DNA of 64,000 nt. Origin: Candidatus Dependentiae bacterium Noda2021. GTDB taxonomy: Bacteria > Babelota > Babeliae > Babelales > Vermiphilaceae. The notes beneath the pieces were generated by a model. It saw nothing but the letters and a program-made list of their open reading frames with translations. It had not been told where the DNA came from and ran no database searches. Below, piece after piece: positions 18,793-28,640 of this stretch. The translations under genes were made by a program, and so were the position numbers. Each line of letters begins with the position of its first letter. Positions within the stretch are counted from its first letter, which is position 1. The DNA is taken from positions 1,054,715 through 1,118,714 of the forward strand of contig AP025250.1 of the NCBI GenBank assembly GCA_020886235.1, in the 5' to 3' direction.

Positions 18793-20151
18793 ATGAACAC
18801 TGACACCATCTTCAACGAAATCCAACAGCACATTGATTCTATTATTGAACAAAGTTCTCCCTTTACGCAAGAACTCTGGAAACAGTTCACCCAAAGCCAC
18901 CCCGCTGATATTGCAGGTTTTTTTAGCGATATTAATCGTGAACACTTTAAGCGATTATTTTTAATGCTTCCTCATGCAATAAAGCTATCTGTATTCTTAG
19001 AGCTGCCTGACTCTATGAAGGTGGAAAGCTTAACCTTCATGAGTACTCAAGAGCGTGTTGATGCCCTTAATCAGATGCCTACCGATCAACTTACTGATCT
19101 TTTTGACCTATTTTCTGACGAAGAACTTAAAGAATATTTAGTATTACTCAACAAAACAGAACGTGAAAAAGTAATCTCGCTTCTTAAATTCGATCCTGAA
19201 TCAGCCGGTGGTATCATGAACACCGACGTCATTACTCTAGTGGAAGATTTTACCGTTGAAAAAAGTATCCAGGTTCTACAACGCCTTCAACCTGATCGTG
19301 ACATACATCAACAAATATATGTAACCGATCGTTCAGGTATTTTGGTGGGTAACATACAAATTGAAGACCTTGTTTTGCAGCCTGCAAAGACGCGTATTGG
19401 TGCGTTTATGCACAAAAATGAGCTTATTGTTGCTGCAAATCAAGACCGTGAAAAAATCGCAAAGCAGATGATACACTATGGCTTAATGATTGTTCCGGTT
19501 GTAGGTACCGACGGACAATTTTTAGGTGTTATTCCCAGTGATATCTTAGTTGATATTTTAGTTGAAGAAGCTAACGAAGACGTACAAAAAATGTCTGCAT
19601 TAGCACCCATGAAGCATCCTTACTTTGAAACCTCTTTTTCACGATTGCTCTATGAGCGTGGTTACATCTTAATTGGATTGCTCTTTGCACAATCATTTTC
19701 AACCACCATTATGAAATCATTTAAGTCTACTCTTCAAATTGGATCATTATTATACTTTACTAACATGCTCATAAGTACCGGTGGTAATGCCAGTAACCAA
19801 ACCTCTGCATTGGTAATTCAAGGCTTTGCGTCAGGTGAAATCCATGAAGCAAACTTTAAGCGCTTTATTAAACGGGAAATCCTCATGGCTTGCGTGCTTT
19901 CCATGATGCTTGGATTATTTGCCTTTTTACGTGCATGGTGGACTTCTGCTTCATTGATTGAATGTATTACCATCTCTCTTTCACTTTCTTCAATTGTAAT
20001 CGTTGCGGTAATACTTGGAACCTGTACCCCCTTCTTATTAAAACGCTTAAATATAGACCCTGCTTTTTCTGCCGGCCCTTTCCTTGCTACCTTAATGGAC
20101 ATTCTGGGTGTATTAATTTATTGTTATGTAAGCCAGCTCATACTCTCATAA
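18793..20151 (+). CDS. mgtE: Magnesium transporter MgtE
   Basis: 452 aa. N-terminal MgtE_N helical domain, tandem CBS region, and C-terminal 5-TM domain with GGNASNQTSALVIQG-like segment. Confidence 0.85.
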   Translation: MNTDTIFNEIQQHIDSIIEQSSPFTQELWKQFTQSHPADIAGFFSDINREHFKRLFLMLPHAIKLSVFLELPDSMKVESLTFMSTQERVDALNQMPTDQLTDLFDLFSDEELKEYLVLLNKTEREKVISLLKFDPESAGGIMNTDVITLVEDFTVEKSIQVLQRLQPDRDIHQQIYVTDRSGILVGNIQIEDLVLQPAKTRIGAFMHKNELIVAANQDREKIAKQMIHYGLMIVPVVGTDGQFLGVIPSDILVDILVEEANEDVQKMSALAPMKHPYFETSFSRLLYERGYILIGLLFAQSFSTTIMKSFKSTLQIGSLLYFTNMLISTGGNASNQTSALVIQGFASGEIHEANFKRFIKREILMACVLSMMLGLFAFLRAWWTSASLIECITISLSLSSIVIVAVILGTCTPFLLKRLNIDPAFSAGPFLATLMDILGVLIYCYVSQLILS

Positions 20152-20270
20152 TTAGGCAAATCACTGCACATAATTCTTGTCTGCATATCAATGTTGACAG
20201 CAATGAGACTGATTTTTATAATGGCCATAAAAACTTTACAACCTTTAATTAATTTACTAGAAAGACCTTT

Positions 20271-20858
20271 ATGATCTATTCTCTCTTATTAAATTTTCTT
20301 GCTTTTTTTGCGTGTTGTAACGTTACAGCATCAATGAAAAGCCCTAAAGCCCCCATTGAGCCGGTGATCAAACACACGCTCACTCACAACACGTATTTAT
20401 TACAATTGGATTTAGAAAATAACCCATCATGCGTTAATACACAAGAACCTAATTTTGTCACCAGCATGGCAACACACTTGTACCACGATAAAACTATTAA
20501 CAAAGTGCGCCATGCATTATATACACCCATTTTTTACGCAATACGTGATGGTAATGACACAAGTTTTGACTTATTAATAGAACACAAAGATATCGATATA
20601 ACGATTACTGATTCGCATGGCAATACGATTTTAAACAATGCCGTTGAGGCCGCTTTTCGAACAAAAAATATATCCTACGCAGAAAAAATTCTCAGAAAAC
20701 CTGAAGCAAACGCCTTGATTCACCAAAAAAATTGTCATTGTGCCTCAGCGCTGGATCATGTAAATACTTTAATTAAGCAAACAACAATGCAGTACTACGA
20801 TCGTGAAACGATGGAATCCTTGTTAGCCTTAAAAAACCTTTTTGAGTTTTACAGCTAG
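20271..20858 (+). CDS. Secreted ankyrin-repeat protein
   Basis: Signal peptide. Ankyrin-like units TPIFYAIRDGNDTSFDLLIEHKDIDITITDSHGNTILNNAVEA. Confidence 0.55.
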   Translation: MIYSLLLNFLAFFACCNVTASMKSPKAPIEPVIKHTLTHNTYLLQLDLENNPSCVNTQEPNFVTSMATHLYHDKTINKVRHALYTPIFYAIRDGNDTSFDLLIEHKDIDITITDSHGNTILNNAVEAAFRTKNISYAEKILRKPEANALIHQKNCHCASALDHVNTLIKQTTMQYYDRETMESLLALKNLFEFYS

Positions 20859-20889
20859 TCGTCTTGTATTAAACCTTACTGGGATGTAT

Positions 20890-21669
20890 ATGAAAAATAA
20901 TTTGATGTTTGTACTCTGTTTAATAACTTCTATCTGGCTTCAACCAATACGCGCGATGATATGGTCAGACGTTGAAAAAGATTACGCAGCATGGGCACAA
21001 CAAATGTCAAACGTATACCAACCTAATGAGCTACTTAAAGGTGCATTCTTAAATGATCATCTTCATGTTCAAGCTTTTTGCCATGAAAAACATGGCAATA
21101 TAAATCAGCAAGAACCGCGGTTTGGCAAGTTAACTCATCTTTTAGAGCCTAAACCTAACGTGCGTGACCTGTGGGACATCCCTGAAGCCGCAAAAAAAAG
21201 TCACAACCCCTTTGGAATACCGGCCATTACAGAATTGGCATTATTTAGCCCTGAAATTACCAATAAGTTCTGTCCACGCATATCGGGCATGACAGCCCTT
21301 CATTATTGTGTAATATATGGGTTAAAAGTAAGCATAAAAACCTTGCTTGGCGAGCCTACCATTGATCCAAACTTACAAGATCTGCCAGGAGGCAATACCG
21401 CTCTGCACTATGCCGTAGCTACAGCCAATGAAGACATAGTCGGTCTCATTGCCCGCCATTATAAATGTGATCCATATATTGCCAACAAAAAAAGTCAAAC
21501 ACCGCTCATGATGGCCTATGAGCTTGCAGATTCCCTAAAAAGCTTCTCGGGCCCTTACACCATGAAGCTTAAAAAAATAATTTGTATACTTGAAAAAAGC
21601 ATGGATAAATCTCAGACCTGGATTGCCAACAATCAACCCATTATCATAATACCCATGTCTAATGCGTAA
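20890..21669 (+). CDS. Secreted ankyrin-repeat protein
   Basis: The track ORF is 20842..21669. The Met at 20890 gives the signal peptide MKNNLMFVLCLITSIWLQPIRA. Ankyrin units GMTALHYCVIYGLKVSIKTLL...GNTALHYAVATANEDIVGLIARHY. Confidence 0.6.
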   Translation: MKNNLMFVLCLITSIWLQPIRAMIWSDVEKDYAAWAQQMSNVYQPNELLKGAFLNDHLHVQAFCHEKHGNINQQEPRFGKLTHLLEPKPNVRDLWDIPEAAKKSHNPFGIPAITELALFSPEITNKFCPRISGMTALHYCVIYGLKVSIKTLLGEPTIDPNLQDLPGGNTALHYAVATANEDIVGLIARHYKCDPYIANKKSQTPLMMAYELADSLKSFSGPYTMKLKKIICILEKSMDKSQTWIANNQPIIIIPMSNA

Positions 21670-21695
21670 TTTGAAGCCTATATTCTAATTTTTTC

Positions 21696-21724
21696 TTGAC
21701 AACTACGCTGTGAACATTTATCTT
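21696..21724 (+). promoter_or_regulatory. Candidate sigma70-type promoter for the tRNA pair
   Basis: TTGACA - 17 nt - TATCTT, about 45 nt upstream of the tRNA-Lys 5' end. Confidence 0.3.
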
Positions 21725-21769
21725 TTTATACACTAATGTATATTTTTTTGAAATTACATCTCAAATTAT

Positions 21770-21845
21770 GAGCCGCTAGCTCAGTCGGTAGAGCAACAGC
21801 CTTTTAAGCTGTGGGTCGTTGGTTCGATTCCAACGCGGCTCACCA
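21770..21845 (+). tRNA. tRNA-Lys (anticodon UUU), CCA encoded
   Basis: Cloverleaf folded by eye. Acceptor GAGCCGC/GCGGCTC. D-stem GCTC/GAGC. Anticodon stem ACAGC/GCTGT with loop CTTTTAA. T-arm GTTGG-TTCGATT-CCAAC. Discriminator A then CCA. Confidence 0.9.
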
Positions 21846-21849
21846 GAGC

Positions 21850-21924
21850 GTCCCCATCGTCTAACGGTTAGGACATCGCCCTTTCACGGCGAAAATAAGA
21901 GTTCGATTCTCTTTGGGGACGCCA
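21850..21924 (+). tRNA. tRNA-Glu (anticodon UUC), CCA encoded
   Basis: Acceptor GTCCCCA/TGGGGAC. Anticodon stem TCGCC/GGCGA with loop CTTTCAC. T-arm AAGAG-TTCGATT-CTCTT. Discriminator G, CCA. Close to E. coli tRNA-Glu. Only 4 nt separate it from tRNA-Lys. Confidence 0.9.
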
Positions 21925-22006
21925 ATTTTTTTTAAGCGATTTCTTCTATATTACACATACAACTACACTACTTGATTAATACCTTACAAAAAAGGTCTCA
22001 GGTTCC

Positions 22007-22714
22007 ATGAACTCTTTAAAAAAAACAGCACTTTTGACCTTATTTTTAGTTTCGAGCTCAACTACGCCATCTCAAGGCTTTTTTAATCAAAAAACAAAAA
22101 AATATGTAAAAGCAGCGTTGTATAGCGTTGCAGCATTTGGTAGTGGCTACTTCGCTTATTGCTGCCTTAGAGATTTATACCGCACTGCACCAGCCGATTT
22201 TGATTCCTCTCAAGCGAATTCCCCTCATTTAAATACCGCTCAAGTGGTAACCAATATTAAAAAAGAGATTGATCAAGCTAAATTAGCAGATGAAAATGAC
22301 TACAACAGCGGACTTGATAAAGGAAAAGAAGTGATAACTGAGCTTGTCTTAGCCATCACATCTCGTGAGAGAATTGACATCACTGGAGCTATAGACGCAA
22401 TACGGAGTAAAAGAGACACGACACTATCCTATACACAAACGCAGAACTATCAAAGCGGCATATATGCTACCGCAAAGATAGCAATAGAGGAGCTACAAAA
22501 ATATAACATAAACAAGCAGGAAGAACCTAAGACCTCTTATGCTCGCAAAGATATTCTTGGTATTCTGGTAGCAAGTTGCGCAACGATTCATTTTGGTCAC
22601 GAAGCAATACGCTACCTCAAATCGGGCGATTCCCTAGACGTATGCATCAAGCCACACGTTAAGAATGGAACCATTCAAAGCAGCATGAGTGTTGGCTTTA
22701 CTATGAACCGATAA
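22007..22714 (+). CDS. Secreted hypothetical protein
   Basis: 235 aa. Signal peptide MNSLKKTALLTLFLVSSSTTPSQG. Confidence 0.4.
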   Translation: MNSLKKTALLTLFLVSSSTTPSQGFFNQKTKKYVKAALYSVAAFGSGYFAYCCLRDLYRTAPADFDSSQANSPHLNTAQVVTNIKKEIDQAKLADENDYNSGLDKGKEVITELVLAITSRERIDITGAIDAIRSKRDTTLSYTQTQNYQSGIYATAKIAIEELQKYNINKQEEPKTSYARKDILGILVASCATIHFGHEAIRYLKSGDSLDVCIKPHVKNGTIQSSMSVGFTMNR

Positions 22715-22908
22715 CAACGTAAAGCTAGCGCAAAAGCTGAGGCCAATCTTTCATACAATCATTGCAAGATACAAGCTCAATTTAGGTTTTGCATTAAATA
22801 AATAGAAATATCATATAAAGATTACGCTTTCATATCTCGTCCATGCAGGTTATTTTATAAACTGAATTACGCCTTCAGCATTTGTGATACAGACATAAGT
22901 ATCTTCTT

Positions 22909-24060
22909 TCAACAATATTCTTTGTCTAGCATAACCCTATATAAGCGAAGCATTGCTTTTTCCATGTGCACGTTAACTTCATCCAATAATTCTGGATCTA
23001 TTTGCTTATAAAATGGCGGCGTGCAGCAGGAGATTCTTTTTTCATTTAATGTTCCATCTTCCTCAAGCGCTTTGCTTGGCAGCTTCCAAAAGCCGCCCAT
23101 ACAGTGGTAAGTCATCTTGCCGCCATCACATTGCAGCATAAAAGCAAGGCGCATGGTAGCATCATAGTGGTATTCTTGAATGTGATCAGTTGCTTTATCC
23201 AAAGGTGATGCAAAGCTTAAGTAATCTGATTCATAATATTTTTCAACAATAAAAGAATCATCCTTGTTTTTGAGCCAATAGCCATACTTTTTATCTGGGT
23301 GATGTTGCAAACTCGGCGCCGGCTGTAAAATAATCTTTAACACACTATCAAGTTCCAAAGCCGGCACTATGAGTATGCCATGCGCCAATACTTCGCTGCG
23401 TGGTTTTATTACATACATGTTACTGGGCATATCTTGTTGTATTCTTTGGGCTAAATGCGCATCATATTTTTTTTCATACATTTTCCAATCTGCTTTGTAT
23501 TGCTTGAGCTCATCATCAAGATCAAATAATGCATTCAGTGCGCACTTATCATTCCAATAAGGAAACGTAACTGCGTTGATAAAAAGAATTCCTGGAAATT
23601 TGGTGCGATAATAAATGTTTTTTATCAGTTCAAAGTCAGCGTAGACAATGCCTGCATACGTTGCTATCAATGCCGTATTTTCAGGGTAACGCACTGCACA
23701 GGTCATAAAGCGTGAGTCTTTTACGAGTCTGTTGATGGATTGTTCCATCTTCCAGCCTGTGGCACTCAACAATCGTTTGAGAGGCTGGTACATCCATCCC
23801 GCACCCCATTTATAATGAGGGAACTGAGCAAAATAATCAGCAATCATAGGGCACATACGGCCATCTTGTCCGGCTGTAAATATATCCCCGCCAAACGCAG
23901 AAAGAGATCCGTGTTGCACTTCGCAAATTTTAATCCCCTGTGTTTTGCTGTATTTAAAATCAGACACTAAAAATGAAATATCTGCTGGATAATCTGATTG
24001 CGCAGACACAATAACACAATGAAGAGTTGCTAAAAATATAAAAAATGAAACGTTTTTCAT
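22909..24060 (-). CDS. Secreted hypothetical protein; possible ATP-grasp / tubulin-tyrosine-ligase-like fold (weak)
   Basis: 383 aa. Signal peptide MKNVSFFIFLATLHCVIVSA. Segment MYVIKPRSEVLAHGILIV resembles the TTL/ATP-grasp xIVKP...GxGI motif. Later segments (FIVEKYYES, LAFMLQCDGGK) are loosely TTL-like. The functional call is low-confidence. Confidence 0.35.
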   Translation of the reverse strand: MKNVSFFIFLATLHCVIVSAQSDYPADISFLVSDFKYSKTQGIKICEVQHGSLSAFGGDIFTAGQDGRMCPMIADYFAQFPHYKWGAGWMYQPLKRLLSATGWKMEQSINRLVKDSRFMTCAVRYPENTALIATYAGIVYADFELIKNIYYRTKFPGILFINAVTFPYWNDKCALNALFDLDDELKQYKADWKMYEKKYDAHLAQRIQQDMPSNMYVIKPRSEVLAHGILIVPALELDSVLKIILQPAPSLQHHPDKKYGYWLKNKDDSFIVEKYYESDYLSFASPLDKATDHIQEYHYDATMRLAFMLQCDGGKMTYHCMGGFWKLPSKALEEDGTLNEKRISCCTPPFYKQIDPELLDEVNVHMEKAMLRLYRVMLDKEYC

Positions 24061-24425
24061 ACTAATTCCTTAAATACACAATACCCCAAGACTGGTTAGT
24101 ATACTGATGAGGCAAGACGCATTAGAAGAATGACACAGTCTTTGAACAAACATAAAGCCAATTTATACTTGCAAGTCAAAATGGAATACTGAGGTTTTCT
24201 TTTTAGAACTTTTTTTTGCTAAGCAGCCTCGAAATGGCTGCCCATTAGCACACTTGGAACATACCGCAATTAAGCACTCGGCCTTAGTCTACCCCTATAT
24301 AATTTTCAGTTTTATGATAAACTTAACATTATAAACCATAAATAGTTTCAATTAGAATAACAACAAGCTATCAATTTCTTATTTTTCTAATTTTTAAGAT
24401 AAATCATAGTATCAATGGAGTTATT

Positions 24426-25109
24426 ATGAACATGCGACTAATCCTTTTTGCCCTGCTATTTGCATCATTGCCATTGTCAGCAAGTGAACAGACTGCATCC
24501 TGCACGCCTGATAAAACTAAAACCGAGCGTTTTATACATTTTACTAAAGCTTCTGTATATGGCTGCTTTGCCATGAGCTCTTTACTAATGGCCGCTTCTA
24601 CAGGATGGGCATATTGGTTTCACAAACAAAATCCAGATCTTAAATATCCTGTGTTTTTAAATGAAGATTATAAAAAGAACCAAGCGCTTGCCGGGTTGAT
24701 TCTATCAGGAGCCACTTTTGGCTACACAACCAGCAAAGCACTAGAACATAGCGTTAAAATTTTTGCAAGCAAACCAACTAGTGACGCATTAGCAGCAAAA
24801 CTTGATCGTTTTAGACATGTTTGCAAGAGTGGTTATTGGGTTGGGGCAATAGTAGGATGCTATGCCGTGGTAAATGAGCTTGAAAAAATTCGTACTGAAC
24901 AACACATAGCCCCACATCATTTTGCAGTGCATTATGGTAATCAAGAATCAGCCAACAATAGTTACAACTTACGCGTCAAAGCTCTTACCACTGTCGCTGA
25001 GGGTGCTGCAATGGTAGCAACAGGCTACCCACTTTTTAGAGCAATTAAAGAAGCAGAATACGCAGTTAACGTCTCACCCAATACCGTTTCGGTTACCCTT
25101 CATATCTAA
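24426..25109 (+). CDS. Secreted/membrane hypothetical protein
   Basis: 227 aa. Signal peptide MNMRLILFALLFASLPLSA. Confidence 0.4.
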   Translation: MNMRLILFALLFASLPLSASEQTASCTPDKTKTERFIHFTKASVYGCFAMSSLLMAASTGWAYWFHKQNPDLKYPVFLNEDYKKNQALAGLILSGATFGYTTSKALEHSVKIFASKPTSDALAAKLDRFRHVCKSGYWVGAIVGCYAVVNELEKIRTEQHIAPHHFAVHYGNQESANNSYNLRVKALTTVAEGAAMVATGYPLFRAIKEAEYAVNVSPNTVSVTLHI

Positions 25110-25199
25110 TAATTAAATTTTGACTTTTTGTAGGTAATGCCTACCATTAGGTGGGCATTTGCTTTTAATAACACAACACACCATACAAAAAGGTCTTAC

Positions 25200-26240
25200 A
25201 TGAAGTTATTGTCAAACTATATCATGATTTTTTTAATCGCTAGTGGCTGCTCAATAACAGCACAAGAAAACAACAAGCAGTATCTACAGGAATTAAAAGC
25301 ATTCAAAAAGAGCGCTAGCCATCAAGCGATTTTTAAATATCACGATACATGGCCTAGTATTAGACAACTTCAATGCGACATACATAATTACAAAGAGGTT
25401 TCTTTTATTCATCGCTTCTTATTAAATGTGTTCTTTTCACTCGATACGATCATTGTAACTAAAGACACAATGCCGCAGTTGTTTTCATACATCGATGCCA
25501 TTTGCAAAGCACAAAACATTAAAACACCGGTAATATTTTTGCCTACAAGAAAAGGCTTTTTTAATGCTGCCGCAGCCAAATTAATTAATAGCTCTGGCGG
25601 CATTATCATTGGACAAAAGCTAATTGAAGATAGCACCGATGAAGAACTTGAAGCAGTAATAGCCCACGAACTTGGCCACATCAAATATAACCACGTTAAT
25701 AAAACTATTTTGTTAACTGTTGGGATCTACTACATTCTTAATGGTGCAATAGAACACGTTTTTGAAAATGACTTACGTAAACTTGATACTCAAGAACGCT
25801 TTGGAGTTTCAATGTTAAAAAATTTATATTTAGCACTCTATTCACCCCTTATTGCGCACTTAATCATTGGCAAACGTTTTGAAAAACAAGCCGACACATT
25901 TGCTTACAAAACCCTTCAAAAGGGTAAAGGCTTAAAAGGTTTTTTCAATGTACTCATACAAAAACATGAAAATCAAAAAGCAAGTTTTGGCTTAACAAGA
26001 ACAATCTTGAAAAATTCTTATGACAAACTTTCATTACTTGATTATAGCTTATTAAATGTGCGTTATTTCTTTGCCAAAGTTGACCACGTTCTTCACAGAG
26101 TCGGTCGTTGGATTTATCATAATACCCGCTTAGGTGCACATCCAAGCCCTGAAGCACGTATCAAGGCTGTTGAAAGCTACTTAGCGCAAAAATCATTACA
26201 ATTACAAGAACAATCTGATGGTTGCACTTATAATTGTTAA
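25200..26240 (+). CDS. Zinc metallopeptidase, M48/HtpX-like (HExxH)
   Basis: The track ORF is 25137..26240. The Met at 25200 gives the signal peptide MKLLSNYIMIFLIASGCSITA. Zinc motif AVIAHELGHIKYNHV. Confidence 0.5.
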   Translation: MKLLSNYIMIFLIASGCSITAQENNKQYLQELKAFKKSASHQAIFKYHDTWPSIRQLQCDIHNYKEVSFIHRFLLNVFFSLDTIIVTKDTMPQLFSYIDAICKAQNIKTPVIFLPTRKGFFNAAAAKLINSSGGIIIGQKLIEDSTDEELEAVIAHELGHIKYNHVNKTILLTVGIYYILNGAIEHVFENDLRKLDTQERFGVSMLKNLYLALYSPLIAHLIIGKRFEKQADTFAYKTLQKGKGLKGFFNVLIQKHENQKASFGLTRTILKNSYDKLSLLDYSLLNVRYFFAKVDHVLHRVGRWIYHNTRLGAHPSPEARIKAVESYLAQKSLQLQEQSDGCTYNC

Positions 26241-26506
26241 AACACAACGATGAATATTAATAAGCAACTAAAGTTTATTTATTACTTAATGTTCTATAGT
26301 TGCTTATTGATGCATTTCGTTTTAATCTAATTAGTATGAACTTATATAAAACAACCTCTCAAAAATCATTATTGGCTTCAAGCATTACGGCAAATTCTGC
26401 TACATGCAATAACTGCGCCCTTTTTTCATTTTCATTTTATTTTTTTACCAACGGGGACCGCAGTATGCCTAAATAATGGTTAGAATTAATTATGGCACTG
26501 TGCGAG

Positions 26507-26533
26507 ACCCCAGTTAAAAGCTGGGGTTTTTTG
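26507..26533 (+). terminator. Orphan intrinsic terminator in a 570-nt intergenic region
   Basis: ACCCCAG-TTAAAAG-CTGGGGT followed by TTTTTT. It lies 267 nt after the nearest upstream stop (26240) and 280 nt before the next start (26812). Confidence 0.4.
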
Positions 26534-26811
26534 TTGCCAAAAAATAGAATTTTAGATTGAAAGACTAGTATGAAAAACATTCACACCAAATTAAACATTC
26601 CCCACAGCTCTACCACTAGGACATCATTACGGCATTGCTTATATGCTTTTAGTTACACAAGGTACATTCAACGTTTTTGCGCCTTGGCAGCGCACTAATG
26701 TAAAAACTCACCCATTCTTATTTAGTAACTAAAAAACCACGATCTGCTTGAAAAGCAGTTAGTAAACATTTTGACGACTCAACAAACAGTGTCAATATAA
26801 AGGAAAACTAC

Positions 26812-27774
26812 ATGAACATTAAAATAATCACTATACCAGTTTGTATACTTGCAGGTATTTCATTAGTAATCGCTATAGGCAACCGTAATCATTCACATCA
26901 ATATCAATACACTATCGGAATAATCCAAACAGCTTCTCATCCCGCTCTTGATGCCGCACGAGAAGGATTTGTTGCTACAATAAAAAAAGCCATGCCCAAC
27001 ACAGTTAACATCGTAGTTCACAATGCGCAAGGTTCAATTACAAACCTCCATGCCATAGCGCAGCGCTGCAGCCAAGACAAACGTGTGAATCTGATCTATG
27101 CCATAGCCACTCCAGCAGCTCAAGCAATAGCCACGGTAGAAAAAACCAAACCAATTATTATCGCTGCCGTTACAGATCCGACAATTATTGGCTCTCAACA
27201 GAATCTTGGTGGAGTTACCGATGCTATTAATATAGATAAACAAATTGAAATGATGATGCTGCTAACGCCCTCACTTCAAACTGTTGGGCTATTGTACAGT
27301 ACTGGCGAACCTAACTCACTCAAGCAAATTGATTTGATGAAAACTCGTCTTGCCCAAAACAACATAGATTACGTTGAGGTTGGCATAACGCATGAAAGCG
27401 ATCTTCCCTTGGCAGCCGCTACGGCGTGCCGCAAAGCTGATGCGCTCTTATGCCCTACTGATAATACTATTGCATCGGGTATGCCTATCATTGTCAAAAT
27501 TGCGCGCGATCATAACAAGCCTCTTTACGCGTGTCACAACCAAGCCGTTGAGCAAGGGGCATTGGCATCACGCGGCGTAGATTACACGCAGTGCGGTGCA
27601 CACGCAGGAGCAATTGCTCTTGAATGCCTGACAGCAAAACATACCAACGTCATACCATTAGTAAATGCAAACTGCCACATAACCCACATTAACAGCACAA
27701 CGTTAAACCATCTGGGCTTACCTATACCGGCATCGTTAACTGATTATCACCTGGTTCAGGGAGAGGCCAAATGA
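26812..27774 (+). CDS. ABC transporter substrate-binding protein (PF04392 / COG2984-type)
   Basis: 320 aa. N-terminal signal/anchor. Periplasmic-binding fold. It is co-oriented and overlaps the start of a permease and ATPase of the matching COG4120/COG1101 type. Confidence 0.55.
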   Translation: MNIKIITIPVCILAGISLVIAIGNRNHSHQYQYTIGIIQTASHPALDAAREGFVATIKKAMPNTVNIVVHNAQGSITNLHAIAQRCSQDKRVNLIYAIATPAAQAIATVEKTKPIIIAAVTDPTIIGSQQNLGGVTDAINIDKQIEMMMLLTPSLQTVGLLYSTGEPNSLKQIDLMKTRLAQNNIDYVEVGITHESDLPLAAATACRKADALLCPTDNTIASGMPIIVKIARDHNKPLYACHNQAVEQGALASRGVDYTQCGAHAGAIALECLTAKHTNVIPLVNANCHITHINSTTLNHLGLPIPASLTDYHLVQGEAK

Positions 27775-28640
27775 TAGAACTGATATCAATTGCGCAGGGC
27801 ATTATAGAACGCGGTATGTTATTTAGTTTATTGGGGGCTGGTGTATATATTGCATCAGATATTGTTCACTTTGACAATCTTGCGGTTGAAGGCGCGTTCA
27901 GCCTTGGGGGCGGGCTTACCGCGGTGTTGCTTGCTGCAGGCGTTAACCCATGGCTTGCTCTTCTTGGTGGTGCACTTATAGGAACCATTTCTGGTATCGT
28001 AACGGGATTACTCACCACCCACTTAAAGCTGAACAACTTGATTAGTGGTATCGTGGTGACGACCTGCGCGTTTTCGCTCACGCTGGTGATTGCTGGTTCA
28101 AATAAAGCAGTGCGAACTGAAAATACCATTTTTAATTCGTTACTTTCTGCACAGTTTGCGCCCTATCACACATTGATTGCTTTAACATTATTAACCACTG
28201 CATGCGTAAGCACTCTTCATTGGCTGTTGCACACCGAAGTTGGTATGGTACTGCGTGCAGCAGGCAGCGCTCCCCAAATGGTAACGAACTTAGGCAAACG
28301 CGTTAATGCCTACGTAATGCTTGGGCTGGCGCTTTCAAATACATTAGCCGCGCTTTGCGGATCATTATATGTACAATATGCAGGATATTTCTCTATTTGG
28401 ACCAGTGTAGGCATGCTTGTCATTGGGCTAGCAGGAAAAATATTAGGCCAGACGCTCCAGCAAGGCCTTGGCTGGGGCTTAATTGCAGGCTCCGTGCTTT
28501 ACCAATTAATTGTTGCGGTAACGTTTGAATTTCAAATCAATCCTGATCTGAACAAGCTCATTACTGGACTGCTGATCGTAGCTCTCATGGTTGTTAAGCA
28601 AGGAATGACTCAAAAAAGAGGATATCATGTTAATTCTTAA
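27771..28640 (+). CDS. ABC transporter permease (pairs with the PF04392-type binding protein)
   Basis: 289 aa. Multi-TM, Gly/Ala-rich helices. 4-nt overlap with the upstream gene. Confidence 0.6.
   Translation: MIELISIAQGIIERGMLFSLLGAGVYIASDIVHFDNLAVEGAFSLGGGLTAVLLAAGVNPWLALLGGALIGTISGIVTGLLTTHLKLNNLISGIVVTTCAFSLTLVIAGSNKAVRTENTIFNSLLSAQFAPYHTLIALTLLTTACVSTLHWLLHTEVGMVLRAAGSAPQMVTNLGKRVNAYVMLGLALSNTLAALCGSLYVQYAGYFSIWTSVGMLVIGLAGKILGQTLQQGLGWGLIAGSVLYQLIVAVTFEFQINPDLNKLITGLLIVALMVVKQGMTQKRGYHVNS

Noticed and set aside
24215-24245. Hairpin GCAGCC-TCGAAAT-GGCTGC in the 24.1-24.4 kb intergenic region as a terminator
   Set aside because: There is no U-run on the appropriate side for either strand. 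It may be a structural element, but I cannot call it.
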